Source: an uncultured virus (IMG/VR IMGVR_UViG_3300042006_000071)
Lineage: Duplodnaviria; Heunggongvirae; Uroviricota; Caudoviricetes
Reading direction: 5' to 3' (one strand)
DNA: 64,000 nucleotides
IMG/VR virus record: IMGVR_UViG_3300042006_000071
Shown here: positions 36,498-47,142 of the stretch, in pieces
Layout: each line of letters begins with the position of its first letter
How positions within the stretch are numbered: position 1 is the stretch's first letter
Notes under the pieces: model-generated
What the model saw: the letters and a program-made list of their open reading frames with translations, nothing else
The model's database searches: none
Told to the model about the DNA's origin: nothing
Made by a program: the position numbers and the translations under genes

Positions 36498-37310
36498 TTA
36501 GAAAACTGGATCACCGTCAAAGGGCGACTTGCCGGGCATGTCCGGTACGCCGCCGTAGTTTGGATAGTTGCCAAGTTCAGTGCATCGCGCGGCGGTACGA
36601 TTGCAGCCTGGGTACACCTTGGCTTCGAGGCCGTAGTATAGTCCATCGGCAAGACCGAACATCAGACATGCGTTCCCCGTCTGCGATTCGATGGCCCGGA
36701 ACTCGGTGCCGCGCGTCGGGTGCGTCCACTCCACAAAGCCGCCGCTAAGCGCACCGTCAGGCACCGAGTCCATGCCTTGAAAGTACACGGTGTTGTTCAC
36801 CACGTCGAACACGCGCACGTTGATCGCGTGAGTCGCCTTGTCCAAGTTGCAGCCCAGGCCGTACAGCGCGTGACCGCAAGTGCGCTGCCACGCGAGGCGC
36901 AGGCCGTCGCGCTGCATCGACGCGCTGATGGTGTCGCACGCAATGAGGGCTTGGCCGGGCGTCGGCAGCGACACTTGCAGCATTTCGCCGGTATAGCCCA
37001 GCACCGCCTCGGTGTCGCCTTCGTGGTAGTGGAAGATGCTGACCACGATGGGCTGCGACGGCGGCGTACCGTAGAACATCTGAACCGGCGCGAGAGAAGA
37101 CGGGCAGGTGATGTTCAGGCCGTCCGTGCTGGCCTCGCCGGTGATCTTCACGCCGTCGTCGCTGATGGCGGTGGCCGTCCACTGGTAGCCGTTGATGATA
37201 GTGTCTTCGTCCGACGACGTGTAGCGCCAAGTGGCAGCGCCCAGGTTGAAGGCATACAGGTAGATCGGACGGCCCAGGTCGTTGCTGGACTCGATTGCGT
37301 TGAAGGTCAT
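36498..37310 (-). CDS. DUF2163/BR0599-type tail tip protein
   Basis: CxHALYxxGC and YPGC...C...NYGG cysteine motifs. Confidence 0.85.
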   Translation of the reverse strand: MTFNAIESSNDLGRPIYLYAFNLGAATWRYTSSDEDTIINGYQWTATAISDDGVKITGEASTDGLNITCPSSLAPVQMFYGTPPSQPIVVSIFHYHEGDTEAVLGYTGEMLQVSLPTPGQALIACDTISASMQRDGLRLAWQRTCGHALYGLGCNLDKATHAINVRVFDVVNNTVYFQGMDSVPDGALSGGFVEWTHPTRGTEFRAIESQTGNACLMFGLADGLYYGLEAKVYPGCNRTAARCTELGNYPNYGGVPDMPGKSPFDGDPVF

Positions 37311-39010
37311 ACGGGCGTTCCTACTCGTGGGTTGAGGGCTTGGCGCAGCACCAGCGCGACATCGACTGCGGCCTGTTGATTGGTGTGGTGATGCAGTTCA
37401 AAGCTGTCCTGCTCGAATCGCGTTTCGACGACAAAGCTAACACGCTTCAGATCGGCCATTGCGATTGCGGGCATCGGCTCGGTCATCGTCAAGCGTTCAG
37501 CCGCGATCTGCAACGGCGTGGACACGCTGCCATCCGGGTCGGTCTTGTAGATCGGCGACACGTTGGCAATCGTGGCGTACACGCTTGGCGATCCGTTCTT
37601 GAAGGAGAACTGCAACTGGATGCGCATTGGCTGCGGGCGCAGCATGTAGTTGAAGAAGCCCTGCGGCATGATGATGATGTCTTCGGCGTCGGCTGGAATG
37701 TCATCGACCAGCATCACGTCCTGCATGAAGGTCGGCGCATAGAAGTGGACGGAGCGCCCGCGTGCCGCTTGCAGGAACTTGCGCAGGCCCACGGCGGGAA
37801 TGCGACCAAACAAGCGCAGGTTGATCGAGACGAGGCCATTGGTGTAGCGCCCATGGTCGGTCGTGACCGGCACGCCGGACTGGTTGTCGATGGTGTAGTT
37901 GCGACGACCATACTCCACGTCGATGGTGTTCGCACGATCAGGCGTGAAGCGGAAGTACGGCTGGCCGTTGAGCGCACTGCCCCAGTCGGCCTCGATCTTG
38001 TACGGTTGCGACAGGTCGAACTGCGCCGTCGCCATCGAGGTCGTGTCGGTCACGTTCGACATGCGAGGGCTGACCAGCAGGCGCGCAGTGCGCATCGGGT
38101 AGATGCGCGTGCCGATGGGCCACGCACGCGGCGGCGGGAAGGCCCAGGAGAAGCGGTTGTTGTTGTAGTCCACGTCGCCGACTTGCAAGATGTCGTAGTC
38201 GTCCGGGTTGCCGCTGTTGACGAACACCAGATCGCCCTTGTAGAACTCGCGGAATTCCAACTCGCCGTCAGGGAAGGTGACACCTGCCGCCTCCATGCTG
38301 ATGCCGTCTTCCATGCGCACGGCTTCGTGCCACAGCGGCAGCATGAATTCGGACGGCCCGACGCCGACAAAGAAGGTGTCCAGTCGGTCGCGCCGGGAAT
38401 ACTGCCGCAGGAAGTTCGCCTCGAACGACCGGCGCGCATTGCGGCGCACGCTGCGACGCTGCTCCGATGTGGTTTCGCTCGGCATCACGTCCGTCACCCA
38501 CGTCAGGCGCTCCGTCACGCCGTCCTTCCAGTTCGGGAGCACGGAGAACACCGGCAGCGTGAAGCGGTAGTCGTCGGGTGGTGGCAGATCGTCGTCCGCA
38601 ATCGGAACGTCATCCACGAGCCAGCCGTCCTTCGTCGATGCGTAGATCAGCTTGTCGCCGCGCATGATCGTCATGATGAAGTAGGACGGCGTACCGGCAG
38701 GGAGGTTCTGCAACAGCACGTCCAGGCGGTAGTCGCCCTGCGGGATGTTCAGCGAGGTCACGCCCGCCGCGCTCAGTTGCACGCTCATTACGATCCGGCT
38801 GTTCAACTGCGACGTTCCGATCCACAGCGTCGCCGCGTCGTCGGCGGCGAGGTGGATGGTGTAGTTGCCGTCGCTGAAGTGGAACCGGCGCGAGAAGTAG
38901 TAGGTGTGATCGCCCAGCGTTGCGTCGATAGGGTCGGTCGGCGCGACTTGCTTCTCGCCGTTCGCACCGGGCGGCGTCAGTTCATAATCAAATGCGTTGC
39001 GAATTGCCAT
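37307..39010 (-). CDS. distal tail protein with N-terminal PA14-like domain
   Basis: Follows TMP; GNYTIHLAADDAATLWI; PNWKDGVTERLTWVTDV. Confidence 0.75.
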   Translation of the reverse strand: MAIRNAFDYELTPPGANGEKQVAPTDPIDATLGDHTYYFSRRFHFSDGNYTIHLAADDAATLWIGTSQLNSRIVMSVQLSAAGVTSLNIPQGDYRLDVLLQNLPAGTPSYFIMTIMRGDKLIYASTKDGWLVDDVPIADDDLPPPDDYRFTLPVFSVLPNWKDGVTERLTWVTDVMPSETTSEQRRSVRRNARRSFEANFLRQYSRRDRLDTFFVGVGPSEFMLPLWHEAVRMEDGISMEAAGVTFPDGELEFREFYKGDLVFVNSGNPDDYDILQVGDVDYNNNRFSWAFPPPRAWPIGTRIYPMRTARLLVSPRMSNVTDTTSMATAQFDLSQPYKIEADWGSALNGQPYFRFTPDRANTIDVEYGRRNYTIDNQSGVPVTTDHGRYTNGLVSINLRLFGRIPAVGLRKFLQAARGRSVHFYAPTFMQDVMLVDDIPADAEDIIIMPQGFFNYMLRPQPMRIQLQFSFKNGSPSVYATIANVSPIYKTDPDGSVSTPLQIAAERLTMTEPMPAIAMADLKRVSFVVETRFEQDSFELHHHTNQQAAVDVALVLRQALNPRVGTPV

Positions 39011-39019
39011 GTGTTCCTC

Positions 39020-42000
39020 TTACTTCAACAGTTGACGGATGGTTGCGGCGTTGCGCTTCACCGACTGCACGATCACCTTGTCGCCTTCGGCAGACGCCAT
39101 TGCTTCAGGCACCTTGGCGCGATCATCGACCAGCACCACGCGGAAGCCCGGCGCATCGCCACCGCCGTTGCCACCGCCGTTGAGCACATTGCGCGGATCG
39201 TTCTTGCGCAGCACCTCTTCACCTTTTTGCAGGATCGTCGGCACCTCGTCGGCCTTCAGGCCCGGCAAGCCGCCGTTGTGGAATCGCTGCGCGCCCGCGA
39301 AGATGATCGGATCGACCTTGCGGGTGAACGTGCGGTTCGAGCCAACGATGCCGCCGTTGTGATTGCCCGACGCCGAGAGGGCGGAACCGGCAGCAGCGCC
39401 AACGGAACTCGCCGCACCGCCGAATGCTTGCAGCGCCTTGAGAATCTGCGTGCGGATGATCGCCAGCGCCAAGTCCTTCAGCAGTTGCGCGAAGAACTGC
39501 CCTGCCGCCTGGGCCGCGCCACGGAAGCCGTCAGCCAGGGACGCCTGCCCGGTGATGACCTTCGCCATCGACTGCGCCAGCGAGTCGAATGCCTGCACGC
39601 CGTTGTTCACCACGGAGTCGGCGATGGTCTTGTCCAACTCGCTGAAGTTCGCGCGAGCGTTCTGCACGCTGATCGTGATGCGCTGGGCCATCGCGTCAAG
39701 TTCGGCCAGCTTGTCGCCGCTCATTGCGTTGCTCTCGCGTGCGATCTTCACGAAGTTCTGAAGCTGCGTTGCGAGCGCCAGGATGGAACCGGCGTACTTC
39801 TGCTGCGAGGCGTTAAGCTGATCGACCTCTTGCTGCGCGGTGATGACGCCCATCTGCCGCTGCAACTGGATGATCTCGCGCTCGCGCTGCTCCTGGGCCA
39901 GCATGTCGTTCAACATGCGTTGTGCGGTCAGCACGTTGTTCTGCGCGGTCTGCACGTCCACGTCCGACTTGGCGAGGCCGGACTGGATGGTTGCCACCAC
40001 CTCGGCGAAGCGCACCGGGTCAAGGATGTTGCGGAACTCCGTGGCGAAGCGCAGCGCCGCATTGCCAGCGTCGGCGATGCCGGGGCCGAACTGCGCCAGT
40101 TGTTCGTTGATGCGCGCGTTGCCGTCTTCCAGGGTGATCTGGCCGTCCTCGATCTGCTGCTGGATCGCGCCGATGTTCGTTTGCAGGATGCGCTGCTTCT
40201 TCACGAACTCTTCGGTCAGGCGATTCGCTTCCTCGCGCTTGCCGGTCACGTCGGCGATGGCGACAGCCTGGGCCTTCAGCGCATCCACCTGGGCCTGATC
40301 CTCGCGCGCCGCTTTCGGGTCGAGCGCCGCCAGTCGGCGGATACGCTTTTCGATTTCGTCGAAGGACTTCTGCACCGTAGCTTTGCGCGCGGCCAGTCGC
40401 TCGTCGAATGGCTTCAGCACGTCCTGCTCGGCCAGTTGCTTTTCCAGTTCGTTCGACATCGACAGGATCGCGGCGTTGATGTCTTGCTCCAACTGCTTGC
40501 GCTTCTCACCAGCCGCCTCGCCCTTCTTCGATTGCTCGTTGTTGTACTTGGCGCGTTCGACGGCCTGCTTAGCCAGGGACGCCTTGTTGATTGCGGCCAG
40601 GGCTTCCGCCAGTTGCGCTTCGTCCTTGAACGTGGCGCGGGCCTTCTCGCGGCGCTCGTCGTACTCTTGGTCGATCAAGTCCAGGCGCGCGGCAAGGTCG
40701 CCCTTCGCGGCCTTCAGGCGTTCGTTCTGCGCGGCGCGCTCGGTCTTCTTCGCCTCCTTGTCCAGTTCGTCCTTCAGGTTCTTCAGTTCGCGCGGGCCGC
40801 TGTCGGTCATGCCTGGGAACTCGGTCGGGCCTCGCGCCGCTGCGGCGAGATCGCGGCGAGCCTTCGCGGCTTCCTGCACCTTCGTGAGATCGACATTATC
40901 TTCACGCGCGTCGAGTTCGGCCTTCTGCTGCGCCTTGATTGCGGCCACGGCCTGCGCGCGCAGCTTGTCGTAGCGCTCCTGCGCCGCCTTCTCTTCAGCG
41001 GTGCCGCGCTTCTTCGCCAGATCGGCAGACGCCTTCTCCGCTTCAGCGGTGGCCTTCTCTGTGGCGATCTGCAAGTTCGTGATGTTCTTGCGCACGTTGT
41101 CGTCCAGCTTATCGACAATCGCGGTCGTGACCTGATACGCCACCACGGCAGCGCCGATCACCGGCAACCAGCGAGCGATCAGGGCCAGCCCGTTCGCCAC
41201 GAGGCCCAGCGCCGGGCCGAGGCGCGCGGCCACGCCGGTCAGACCCGCAGCACCCATCGCAGCGGTGATGCCCTGCACCACGCGCGCCGCGTTGACGAAG
41301 CCACCGGCTGCGAAGATGCCGTTGAGCAGAACCATTTCGGTGTACACGGCGCGGATCAGCATCGGCAGTTGTGCCAGCCATCCGATGAACTTCACTGCGA
41401 TCACCGCTTGCAGCGCGATCTTCAGCAAATCCAGGTTCTCCACCACCGTCTCGATGATGTCGATCACCAGCACGAAGCCCTTACTGAGCGCCTGGGCCAG
41501 CCGGTCGGCGCTGCCGTTGTTCATGAAGTCGGTCAGGCGGTTCAGCAGCTTTTGGTACGCATCGACGAAGCCGCCCTGCGCCACGTTGTTCAGGAAGCGA
41601 TTGGTGGCGTTCTCGAAGCGGGCCTGGGCCTGCGACAGATTCTCCGCACCGGAGCCGATTGCGCCGTAGGTCTTCTGCAATTCCTGCGACACCTTGACGA
41701 TCAGTTCGGGGCCGATAGCGCCCTGCTCCATGCGCTTGATGAACTCTTGCGACGACAGGTTGGACGCCTTTGCGAACAGGTTCAGTGCCGCAGGCAGCGA
41801 ATCGCCCAACTGCTGCGACAGTTCTTCGGCGCTGACCTTACCCTTGTTGAACATCTGCTCCAACGCCTTGAACACGCGCTCGGACTGTTCCGCAGTCAGG
41901 CCCAGGCGCGACGACGCGAGCGCGAAGCCCTCGAAGATGTAGCGCACCTGCTGCGTGGTTTGCCCGGCCTGCTTCGCCGCGATAGCCAGCTTGGCGTATG

Positions 42001-43723
42001 CCGGTGCCACCTTCGTGAAGCTCACGCCGATGCGATCCGACGCCTCCTGCAAGAACGCATACTCTTCACGCGCCGTCTTCACGTCGCCGTTGGATGCGGC
42101 GATCAGGCGGTTCATGGTTTGCTGCGTTTGGTTGTAGGCGTCGATGGTCTTCTTCGCCAGTGCGATTGCCGCGTTCAGGCCGACGAAGCCGGCGGCCAGC
42201 GACAGCACCTCGCCGCGCAAGCGCTGGGTGTAGGACAAGGTAGTGCGCGCACCGTCGCCGCCACCGAACCAGTTGAAGATCGAGCGGCCTGCGTTGTCGG
42301 CGGCAGCGCCGTTACGACGGTAGGCGTCGGTCAGGCCATTCATGGCGGTCGTGGCGCGGCCAGCCTGGGCGACCAGTTGCGCTTCAGCGGCGGCGAGGTC
42401 GGACGTGTTCACGCCAGCGTTGCGCAGTGCGGCCTGGGTGGTGCGCGCCGCCGTGGTGACATTGCCCAACCCGTTCGCTGCACGTTCAAGCGTGGACTGC
42501 GCGCGAGCGAGGCGCGTGGTCACGTCCTCACCGGCTGCACCGCTGCGCATTTCTGCGACCAGGGCGTTCACTGCGGCGCGAGCCTGCACGTATTCTTGAC
42601 GAGCGGCCCGTACAGCCGCGATCTGGCGCTGGTAGCTATCCAACAGGCCAGCCATGTTAGAAAGCGCCGCCTGGGCCTGTTCTGCGCTTCGCAGGGTGTC
42701 TCGGTAATTGCGCACCGGCCCGTTGATCGAGGCGACGCGGGTTTCGAGATCGCCGATGGCGCGCTCAAGCGCCTGGGTCGAGCGCAGCGCGGCCTCGTTC
42801 GGACGTTGGATGTCGGCCACGCGGGAGGCCACGGTCGGCTGTGCAACCGGCGCACCGCGAGCGATCGTGGCGGCGTTGCGGGCGAAGCGCTCGGCGGCGT
42901 CGGCGGCATCACGCAGCGCTTGGCGTTGCAGGTTCAGCGCGGCGGTGGTGCGGTTGATCCGCTCGGCCTGCTCACGCTGCGCGTTCGAGAAGATGATGTC
43001 GGCGTTGTGCTGACGCTCGGCCATCAGTGCGGCCTGGGCCTGACGCTCCTGTTCCAGCGTGGCGATCACGCGGCGCTGGGCCTGCTCGAAGGCCACGTCG
43101 GCGCGCACCTGCTCGTGGCGCTGGCGCAGCAGGCGCTCTTGGAGTTGCGCGCGGGCCGCGAAGCCGTCAGCGTTGGCAATGGCGTTGTCCTGGCGTTCCA
43201 GCGCGGCGTTCGCCGTCGTGACCGCGTTCACGATCTCGCGCTGCTTGTCAGCCAAGTTGCCGCTGTTGATGCCGAATTCCGCGAGGCGGGCGCTCGTCGA
43301 TGCGACCTTGGCCTCGGCGCGGCCCATCTGCTTCTCGACGCTCTCGACGGCGCGGCCCAGCTTGCGCAGGGTGGCCTCTTGCGTCGCGGTGCGTTTCGCT
43401 GCGGGGTCGAGCGAGTTGGCGTAATCCTGCTGCGCCTTGCGCGCCGCCGCCAACTTCGCATTCAGTTCGTCCAGGCTCGCGGTTTGGGCCTGGAACAATT
43501 TAATGAGGGACTGCTGACCGAGAAGCGCCTTGACGGCGTTCTCGATCTTCGTGTAGCCCTTCTCAAGATCGGCTGCGGAGGCCGCGCCTTTTTTGCTGGC
43601 CTCGATCTGCGCTTCTTCAGCCTTGGTCAGTTCCTTGAGGGCCGCGACAGCTTCGGTCGTGGTCTTCTTGGTGTAGTTTGTGGCGCGAATCCGCAGTTCC
43701 ACATCTTGAGTTTCGTTAGCCAT
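39020..43723 (-). CDS. tape measure protein
   Basis: 1567 aa, Ala/Gln-rich helical; QMFNKGKVSAEEL..QLGD motif. Confidence 0.95.
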   Translation of the reverse strand: MANETQDVELRIRATNYTKKTTTEAVAALKELTKAEEAQIEASKKGAASAADLEKGYTKIENAVKALLGQQSLIKLFQAQTASLDELNAKLAAARKAQQDYANSLDPAAKRTATQEATLRKLGRAVESVEKQMGRAEAKVASTSARLAEFGINSGNLADKQREIVNAVTTANAALERQDNAIANADGFAARAQLQERLLRQRHEQVRADVAFEQAQRRVIATLEQERQAQAALMAERQHNADIIFSNAQREQAERINRTTAALNLQRQALRDAADAAERFARNAATIARGAPVAQPTVASRVADIQRPNEAALRSTQALERAIGDLETRVASINGPVRNYRDTLRSAEQAQAALSNMAGLLDSYQRQIAAVRAARQEYVQARAAVNALVAEMRSGAAGEDVTTRLARAQSTLERAANGLGNVTTAARTTQAALRNAGVNTSDLAAAEAQLVAQAGRATTAMNGLTDAYRRNGAAADNAGRSIFNWFGGGDGARTTLSYTQRLRGEVLSLAAGFVGLNAAIALAKKTIDAYNQTQQTMNRLIAASNGDVKTAREEYAFLQEASDRIGVSFTKVAPAYAKLAIAAKQAGQTTQQVRYIFEGFALASSRLGLTAEQSERVFKALEQMFNKGKVSAEELSQQLGDSLPAALNLFAKASNLSSQEFIKRMEQGAIGPELIVKVSQELQKTYGAIGSGAENLSQAQARFENATNRFLNNVAQGGFVDAYQKLLNRLTDFMNNGSADRLAQALSKGFVLVIDIIETVVENLDLLKIALQAVIAVKFIGWLAQLPMLIRAVYTEMVLLNGIFAAGGFVNAARVVQGITAAMGAAGLTGVAARLGPALGLVANGLALIARWLPVIGAAVVAYQVTTAIVDKLDDNVRKNITNLQIATEKATAEAEKASADLAKKRGTAEEKAAQERYDKLRAQAVAAIKAQQKAELDAREDNVDLTKVQEAAKARRDLAAAARGPTEFPGMTDSGPRELKNLKDELDKEAKKTERAAQNERLKAAKGDLAARLDLIDQEYDERREKARATFKDEAQLAEALAAINKASLAKQAVERAKYNNEQSKKGEAAGEKRKQLEQDINAAILSMSNELEKQLAEQDVLKPFDERLAARKATVQKSFDEIEKRIRRLAALDPKAAREDQAQVDALKAQAVAIADVTGKREEANRLTEEFVKKQRILQTNIGAIQQQIEDGQITLEDGNARINEQLAQFGPGIADAGNAALRFATEFRNILDPVRFAEVVATIQSGLAKSDVDVQTAQNNVLTAQRMLNDMLAQEQREREIIQLQRQMGVITAQQEVDQLNASQQKYAGSILALATQLQNFVKIARESNAMSGDKLAELDAMAQRITISVQNARANFSELDKTIADSVVNNGVQAFDSLAQSMAKVITGQASLADGFRGAAQAAGQFFAQLLKDLALAIIRTQILKALQAFGGAASSVGAAAGSALSASGNHNGGIVGSNRTFTRKVDPIIFAGAQRFHNGGLPGLKADEVPTILQKGEEVLRKNDPRNVLNGGGNGGGDAPGFRVVLVDDRAKVPEAMASAEGDKVIVQSVKRNAATIRQLLK

Positions 43724-44049
43724 TATCGTGTCAGCTTTCGCAGTTGTTCTTTAAAGTTCTCTACGCCGGAATTATCGGTCGAGAGAACCGACACGATAAC
43801 TGAGCGCATCAGCGTGGCCTCGGTGGAAATCCGCAGGTTGTTTCGCTCACGCGCTAACTCGGCCTCCATCCACAGTTTAGACAACGGGTAGTGGTGCGGA
43901 TACCTGTGGCCCTCGGCCAGCAGGAAACTCGCCGAAGACCGAAGCGACCTGTGGAATCGCTCGGCCTTCGTCAAGTGGTCTAGGCCGTCACTTGCAGGTT
44001 CGGGCGCATCGTCCGTACCGTCATCACTATGTTGTCCAACAGCTTTTTT
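43723..44049 (-). CDS. tail assembly chaperone GT extension (-1 frameshift frame)
   Basis: -1 frame is open from A-AAA-AAG (44043-44049) to the stop at 43723. Confidence 0.8.
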   Translation of the reverse strand, partial: KKAVGQHSDDGTDDAPEPASDGLDHLTKAERFHRSLRSSASFLLAEGHRYPHHYPLSKLWMEAELARERNNLRISTEATLMRSVIVSVLSTDNSGVENFKEQLRKLTR

Positions 44050-44417
44050 GCGCCACCCGCGTCTTCCACGGTGATCTCGATGATCTTGCGCATGACTTCA
44101 ATGGTCAGGCCGATGGGCAGCTTGCGCAGCGTTGCCCGCAGTTCCGGCGTGTCCGTTTCGTCGGTGGCGGCGATGATGATGGACTCGACCAGATCAGGCA
44201 CTTCGTCCACCAGCTTCAATGCGAATTCTGCGGCGCGCATCGCGGCCACGTCGTTGCTGCCTTCTTGCTCGTACAACTCGAACACCTTGTTCATTTCCAG
44301 CAGGTGTCCACGGATAAGGCTTGTAATGTCGCTCAGGGCAATGCCGCGCACCGAAGTGGCGACACGGCCCTGATACATCACTTCCTCGTATCGAATCTCG
44401 AAGTCGGAGAGGGACAT
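43980..44417 (-). CDS. tail assembly chaperone G
   Basis: Between major tail and TMP genes; GGAKKL slippery site. Confidence 0.85.
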   Translation of the reverse strand: MSLSDFEIRYEEVMYQGRVATSVRGIALSDITSLIRGHLLEMNKVFELYEQEGSNDVAAMRAAEFALKLVDEVPDLVESIIIAATDETDTPELRATLRKLPIGLTIEVMRKIIEITVEDAGGAKKLLDNIVMTVRTMRPNLQVTA

Positions 44418-44435
44418 ATCAGGGCTTCCTTCGGG

Positions 44436-45251
44436 TTAGGCGGTGGCCGGGCGGTTGGTGATGTACACGCGCTCGGTGGTGTCGTTCAGCTTCAGCACTT
44501 CGTAGTTGAACGACATCTGCTGCCAGGAGTCGCCCTTCAGTGCGTAGTCGCCGTTCGCGGTGATCTTCACGTAAGGCCAGAAGTAGTCTTTGTTCTCGCC
44601 CTTCGGGTTCTTCGCCTGGAAGTACAGTTCGCCACGGATTTCCTGACCCTTGCCGATCACGATCTCGTTGGTGATCGCATCCTGATCGTAGGTCACGCGC
44701 AGGGTGGTATCGGCTGGGGTCAGCAGAGTCGAAGTCGGCTCCATGTACATGCGGCCCAGTTCCAGATCGAACTCGAAGTTCGCGGCCAGCGCGGCGGCGT
44801 CCAGGGCGGTGCCAGGAACACCGGCAGTCACCACGATCACGGCGATGTTGTCCACGGAGCGAGTGCCTTGCGGGTTGTCGGCGGTCTTGCCCAGGTGGTG
44901 CCACGTGCCAGGGGCCATGCGGAAGTCCGGCTCGGCCACGGCGGTCGCCGCTGCCACGGTTTCCTTGTCCACGTCGCCGCCGAACCACAGCGCCACGTTG
45001 GCGATGTCGATGGAGTCCAGCGCGAACGCGCCGCCCAGGTCGTTCGAGATCGTGATCTGTTCGTCCTTGACGTTCAAGCCCTGGTCAGCGTCGATGTGAT
45101 CCAGCGTGTCTTGCGACTGGTTCGAGGACAGTTCAGGCGAGTTGCCCAGGTAGCGCTGGCCGGTGCTGGTCTTGGTGCCAGCAGCGAATGCGCCGAAGTA
45201 CAGACGGCCTTTGCCGATCACATACTTTTTGCCGTTTTCAGTTGCAGCCAT
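44436..45251 (-). CDS. major tail protein
   Basis: YVIGKGRLYF, RYLGNSPEL, GDYALKGDSWQQM motifs; position. Confidence 0.85.
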   Translation of the reverse strand: MAATENGKKYVIGKGRLYFGAFAAGTKTSTGQRYLGNSPELSSNQSQDTLDHIDADQGLNVKDEQITISNDLGGAFALDSIDIANVALWFGGDVDKETVAAATAVAEPDFRMAPGTWHHLGKTADNPQGTRSVDNIAVIVVTAGVPGTALDAAALAANFEFDLELGRMYMEPTSTLLTPADTTLRVTYDQDAITNEIVIGKGQEIRGELYFQAKNPKGENKDYFWPYVKITANGDYALKGDSWQQMSFNYEVLKLNDTTERVYITNRPATA

Positions 45252-45300
45252 TTTGAGTTCTCCAATATAGAGGTTGAGGTTAAGGTTGCCAGTGGTTCTT

Positions 45301-45831
45301 CTACTGGCCGATCTCCACTGCCAGTCCGAGACGGATCGGCAAGTAGAAGAATGCGTGGCTCGAAACGCCCGGCTCCGGTGGCCGAATGACAGGCGGTGCG
45401 ACCTCGACGGACGAGATCATATCACCCAGTAGATGCCACTCCGGGTACTGCGGAGAGCCGCTGCCTTTGATCGCGCTGATGCGTTGCAGTCGCTTTTCTA
45501 CGTCCTGGCAGAAGTAGAACGGAAGCTGCTCGGTGTCGGCGGTCTTGTCGTCGGCGACGATCCCCTGGATGAACAGCGTCCAGCGGTCGGCGCGGTTGAA
45601 ACTGTCCTCGCCCGCGAACGTGGCGAAGTCGTTGCGCGGCGCTTCGATGATGGCGAGGCATGGCGGGTGCGTGCTCACGTCGGCACCCAGGAGCGAGCGG
45701 TTGACGTACACCTTGCCGGTCATGTCCCACAGATCGCCGTCCGCGACGCAGATGGATTCGAGCAGCGCTTGCAGCTTGAGCAGGACGGCGAGGCGCTTCG
45801 GCGGCTCGCGGTTGATCGTGTTTGGGGTCAT
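45301..45831 (-). CDS. putative tail terminator/completion protein
   Basis: Position upstream of major tail gene; acidic, 176 aa. Confidence 0.65.
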   Translation of the reverse strand: MTPNTINREPPKRLAVLLKLQALLESICVADGDLWDMTGKVYVNRSLLGADVSTHPPCLAIIEAPRNDFATFAGEDSFNRADRWTLFIQGIVADDKTADTEQLPFYFCQDVEKRLQRISAIKGSGSPQYPEWHLLGDMISSVEVAPPVIRPPEPGVSSHAFFYLPIRLGLAVEIGQ

Positions 45832-46415
45832 AGTGTGAACCTTGCGAATTGACGGAGGAATTCAGCGTTGACGAGCGATGCGATCTGCGGCGCGTCGTCG
45901 GCGCTGACATGACGGAAGACCTGATCGACGGACGGCCCGTACAGCAGCGCGACGCGGCCCGGCACCAGCCACGCCGGTTCGCCGTATCGGTTGTCCAGCG
46001 TCTCGCCCGGCTTCAGGGCCAGGGCCAAACCGACGTTGCCGTTGTTCAGGCGCGTGAGCCATGCCCACTTGCCGAACGTCGTGCCTGCCGACTTCTTCGA
46101 CACGCGCACGCGCAGGCCGATGCGCGCACGAGAGCCAAGCGGTGTGCCGGGTGCGACGAATCGAGCGAGTGAGGTGGGGCGCGGGCGCGCGCTGATCGTG
46201 GCCTCAAGGCTCTGTGGATTGGCCTTGCGCCGCACGCCCAGGCGGTCGTCGTTCAGGTAGTCTTTGGGGAACGCGATGTCATCCAGAATCGAGCGCCGCA
46301 GCAGCGTCATGCCACTGCGGGTCGCCACGGTATTGATCGCTAGTGATGCCGCCTTGTCGGTGACACCGGGGATGTTTTGAATGCCAGCGATAGCATCAAG
46401 CAGTGAGATCGCCAC
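45828..46415 (-). CDS. neck/minor tail protein (lambda Z-like)
   Basis: Basic; TSLARF, LYGPSVDQVF motifs; start uncertain. Confidence 0.7.
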   Translation of the reverse strand: MAISLLDAIAGIQNIPGVTDKAASLAINTVATRSGMTLLRRSILDDIAFPKDYLNDDRLGVRRKANPQSLEATISARPRPTSLARFVAPGTPLGSRARIGLRVRVSKKSAGTTFGKWAWLTRLNNGNVGLALALKPGETLDNRYGEPAWLVPGRVALLYGPSVDQVFRHVSADDAPQIASLVNAEFLRQFARFTL

Positions 46416-46776
46416 GTTGAAGTTTCCCTACTTTCCAGGCTTGTTCGACAGGGCCGACGTTATCCACGTCCTCCGTATCGACGGCCAGATAGCCCTCGAA
46501 GCCCTCGGCGGTAACTTGCACCCGGCCACCACGGACAATCGTGATGCCCTTCAGCGCCAGTTCCTCTTTGTCGAAAATCACCTTCTCGACGAGATCGAGA
46601 TACATGGGGTAGCCCGCGTTCTCGATGTCGCCGATAGGTGCCTGTTTGTAGTGCCAACGAATGCGCAGTGCTTGCGGTGCCGCCATCGACTTGTCGAAGT
46701 AGAGGGCGTTGATGGACAGCGTGTCATGCACGACACGCCGCATCTTGGCTTTGGCTTCTGCGAACTCGAACGGCAT
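46396..46776 (-). CDS. head-tail joining protein (FII-like)
   Basis: Size and position in lambda-like gene order. Confidence 0.65.
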   Translation of the reverse strand: MPFEFAEAKAKMRRVVHDTLSINALYFDKSMAAPQALRIRWHYKQAPIGDIENAGYPMYLDLVEKVIFDKEELALKGITIVRGGRVQVTAEGFEGYLAVDTEDVDNVGPVEQAWKVGKLQRGDLTA

Positions 46777-46781
46777 GGCGA

Positions 46782-47069
46782 TTACAATTCGTCGCCAGCG
46801 CCGCCGTTGCCGCCGTTGCCGCCGTTGCCGTTGCCCTTGTCTTCGGGCTTGGCTTCAGCTTTACCCTTCGGTGCAGCGGGGGTCTTGGCCTGCGGTGCGT
46901 CTTCAACTTCGTTGATCGGCTTGCGCAGTGCGCCAGGATTCACTTCGAGGATCGAGTCGATTTCGTCCTGAGTGAACTCGAATTTTTCACCGGCCTTGAC
47001 GGCGATGCGCTGGCCCTTGCGCATCAGAATGATCTTGCCGGTTGCGATACGCAGTTTGGTTGCTGCCAT
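46782..47069 (-). CDS. FI-position accessory head/packaging protein ending -GDEL
   Basis: AAGGAG RBS; directly after capsid gene; flexible GNG linker before DEL. Confidence 0.7.
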   Translation of the reverse strand: MAATKLRIATGKIILMRKGQRIAVKAGEKFEFTQDEIDSILEVNPGALRKPINEVEDAPQAKTPAAPKGKAEAKPEDKGNGNGGNGGNGGAGDEL

Positions 47070-47102
47070 GTTGCTCTCCTTGGGGATGTCGGGTAAGTGA
47101 AC

Positions 47103-47123
47103 TGGCCGGGACAAGCCCGGCCA
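47103..47123 (-). terminator. hairpin after major capsid gene
   Basis: TGGCCGGG-acaag-CCCGGCCA. Confidence 0.6.
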
Positions 47124-47142
47124 TTGCGTTTGCCTTTAAGAC

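Noticed and set aside
37340..43891. 2183-aa + strand ORF (also 30974-34705, 24421-26604, 50076-52076, 52012-53943, 55050-57065, 971-2419, 4015-5652)
   Set aside because: Antisense shadows of well-supported genes in GC-rich, codon-biased DNA; no recognisable motifs
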